A stretch of 64,000 nt of DNA from Chrysemys picta bellii (lineage: Eukaryota). The DNA is taken from assembly GCF_011386835.1 (NCBI RefSeq), contig NC_088799.1, positions 24,180,001 through 24,244,000 on the forward strand, given 5' to 3'. The position numbers and the translations under genes are program-made. How positions within the stretch are numbered: position 1 is the first letter of the stretch; the number at the start of each line of letters is the position of its first letter. The notes under the pieces are model-generated. The model saw nothing but the letters and a program-made list of their open reading frames with translations, was not told the origin of the DNA and searched no databases. Of the stretch, positions 63,358-64,000 are shown piece by piece.

Positions 63358-64000
63358 TGTCAGGGTTCCCTCCCCACTCTGAACTCTGGGGTACAGATGT
63401 GAGGACCCACATGAAAGACCCCCTAAGTTTATATTCCACCAGCTTAGGTTAAAAACTTCCCCAAGACACAAATTCCTTCCTTTGGACAGTATTGCTGCCA
63501 CCACCAAATGATTCAGGAAAAGGACCACTTGGAGTTCCTATTGCCCCCAAATATCCCCCCAAGCCCCTTCACCCCCTTTCCTGGGGAGGCTTGAGAATAA
63601 TATACCAACAAATTGCCTTTAATAAAAGTACAGACCAGACCGTTTATGTTTAGGACATTAAAAACGAATTGGGTTCTTAAAAGAAGAACTTTATTATAAA
63701 GAAAAAAGTAAAAGCAGCACCTCTGTAAAATCAGGATGGAAGGTAATTTTACAGGGTAATAAAAAGATTTAAAACACAGGGGATTCCCCTCTAGGCTCAA
63801 CTTCAGTTACAAAAACAGGACTAAACCTCCCTCTTAGCATAGGGAAAATTCACAAGGTAAAACAAAAAATAATCTGACACATCTAAAATTACAGAAATTG
63901 TAAGTAATAGCAAGGAAATGTATCATTTCAGTAAGAGCTGGGTTACCTGCTTGGTCTCTCTCTTTGTCCCGAGAGGGAACAAAAACAAATCCCCCCGCCC
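63358..64000. mobile_element. LTR in SSR3 intron 3 (runs off the window); same family as 49822-50605, opposite orientation
   Basis: Starts TGtcagggttccctccccactctgaactctggggtacagatg; reverse-complement match to 50.1-50.6 kb (gaaagaccccctaag..., ggaccacttggagttcc..., aaaattacagaaat...). Confidence 0.85.

Overview
Vertebrate genomic DNA, most likely turtle: it carries a tortoise-type tRNA/CR1 SINE and repeat families typical of turtles. There is no prokaryotic content. Two divergently transcribed genes are present, in the head-to-head order also seen in mammals. TIPARP/PARP7 is on the minus strand: probable non-coding exon 1 near 25.6-25.9 kb, exon 2 at 22148-23147, exon 3 at 212-380, continuing off the left edge. 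SSR3/TRAP-gamma is on the plus strand: exons 1-3 at 60896-63158, continuing off the right edge. Introns and the ~35-kb intergenic region are dense in transposons: hAT MITEs with 8-bp TSDs, a dead Tip100/ZMYM1-type hAT transposase interrupted by an LTR, solo LTRs, CR1/SINEs, and four Penelope-like (GIY-YIG) insertions, three with minimal hammerhead ribozyme motifs. The most notable structures are: (1) a 2.9-kb composite at 55.3-58.3 kb bounded by an 8-bp direct repeat, holding a ~99% identical inverted copy of ~670 bp from 36 kb plus templated-looking filler; (2) a 1.1-kb Penelope fold-back with 509-bp arms in which I saw no mismatch; (3) a 61-bp VNTR in SSR3 intron 1 that repeats the exon end and creates cryptic splice donors; (4) a candidate intronic polyadenylation site after TIPARP exon 2. 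All identifications come from reading the sequence and recalling family features; no database search was run.
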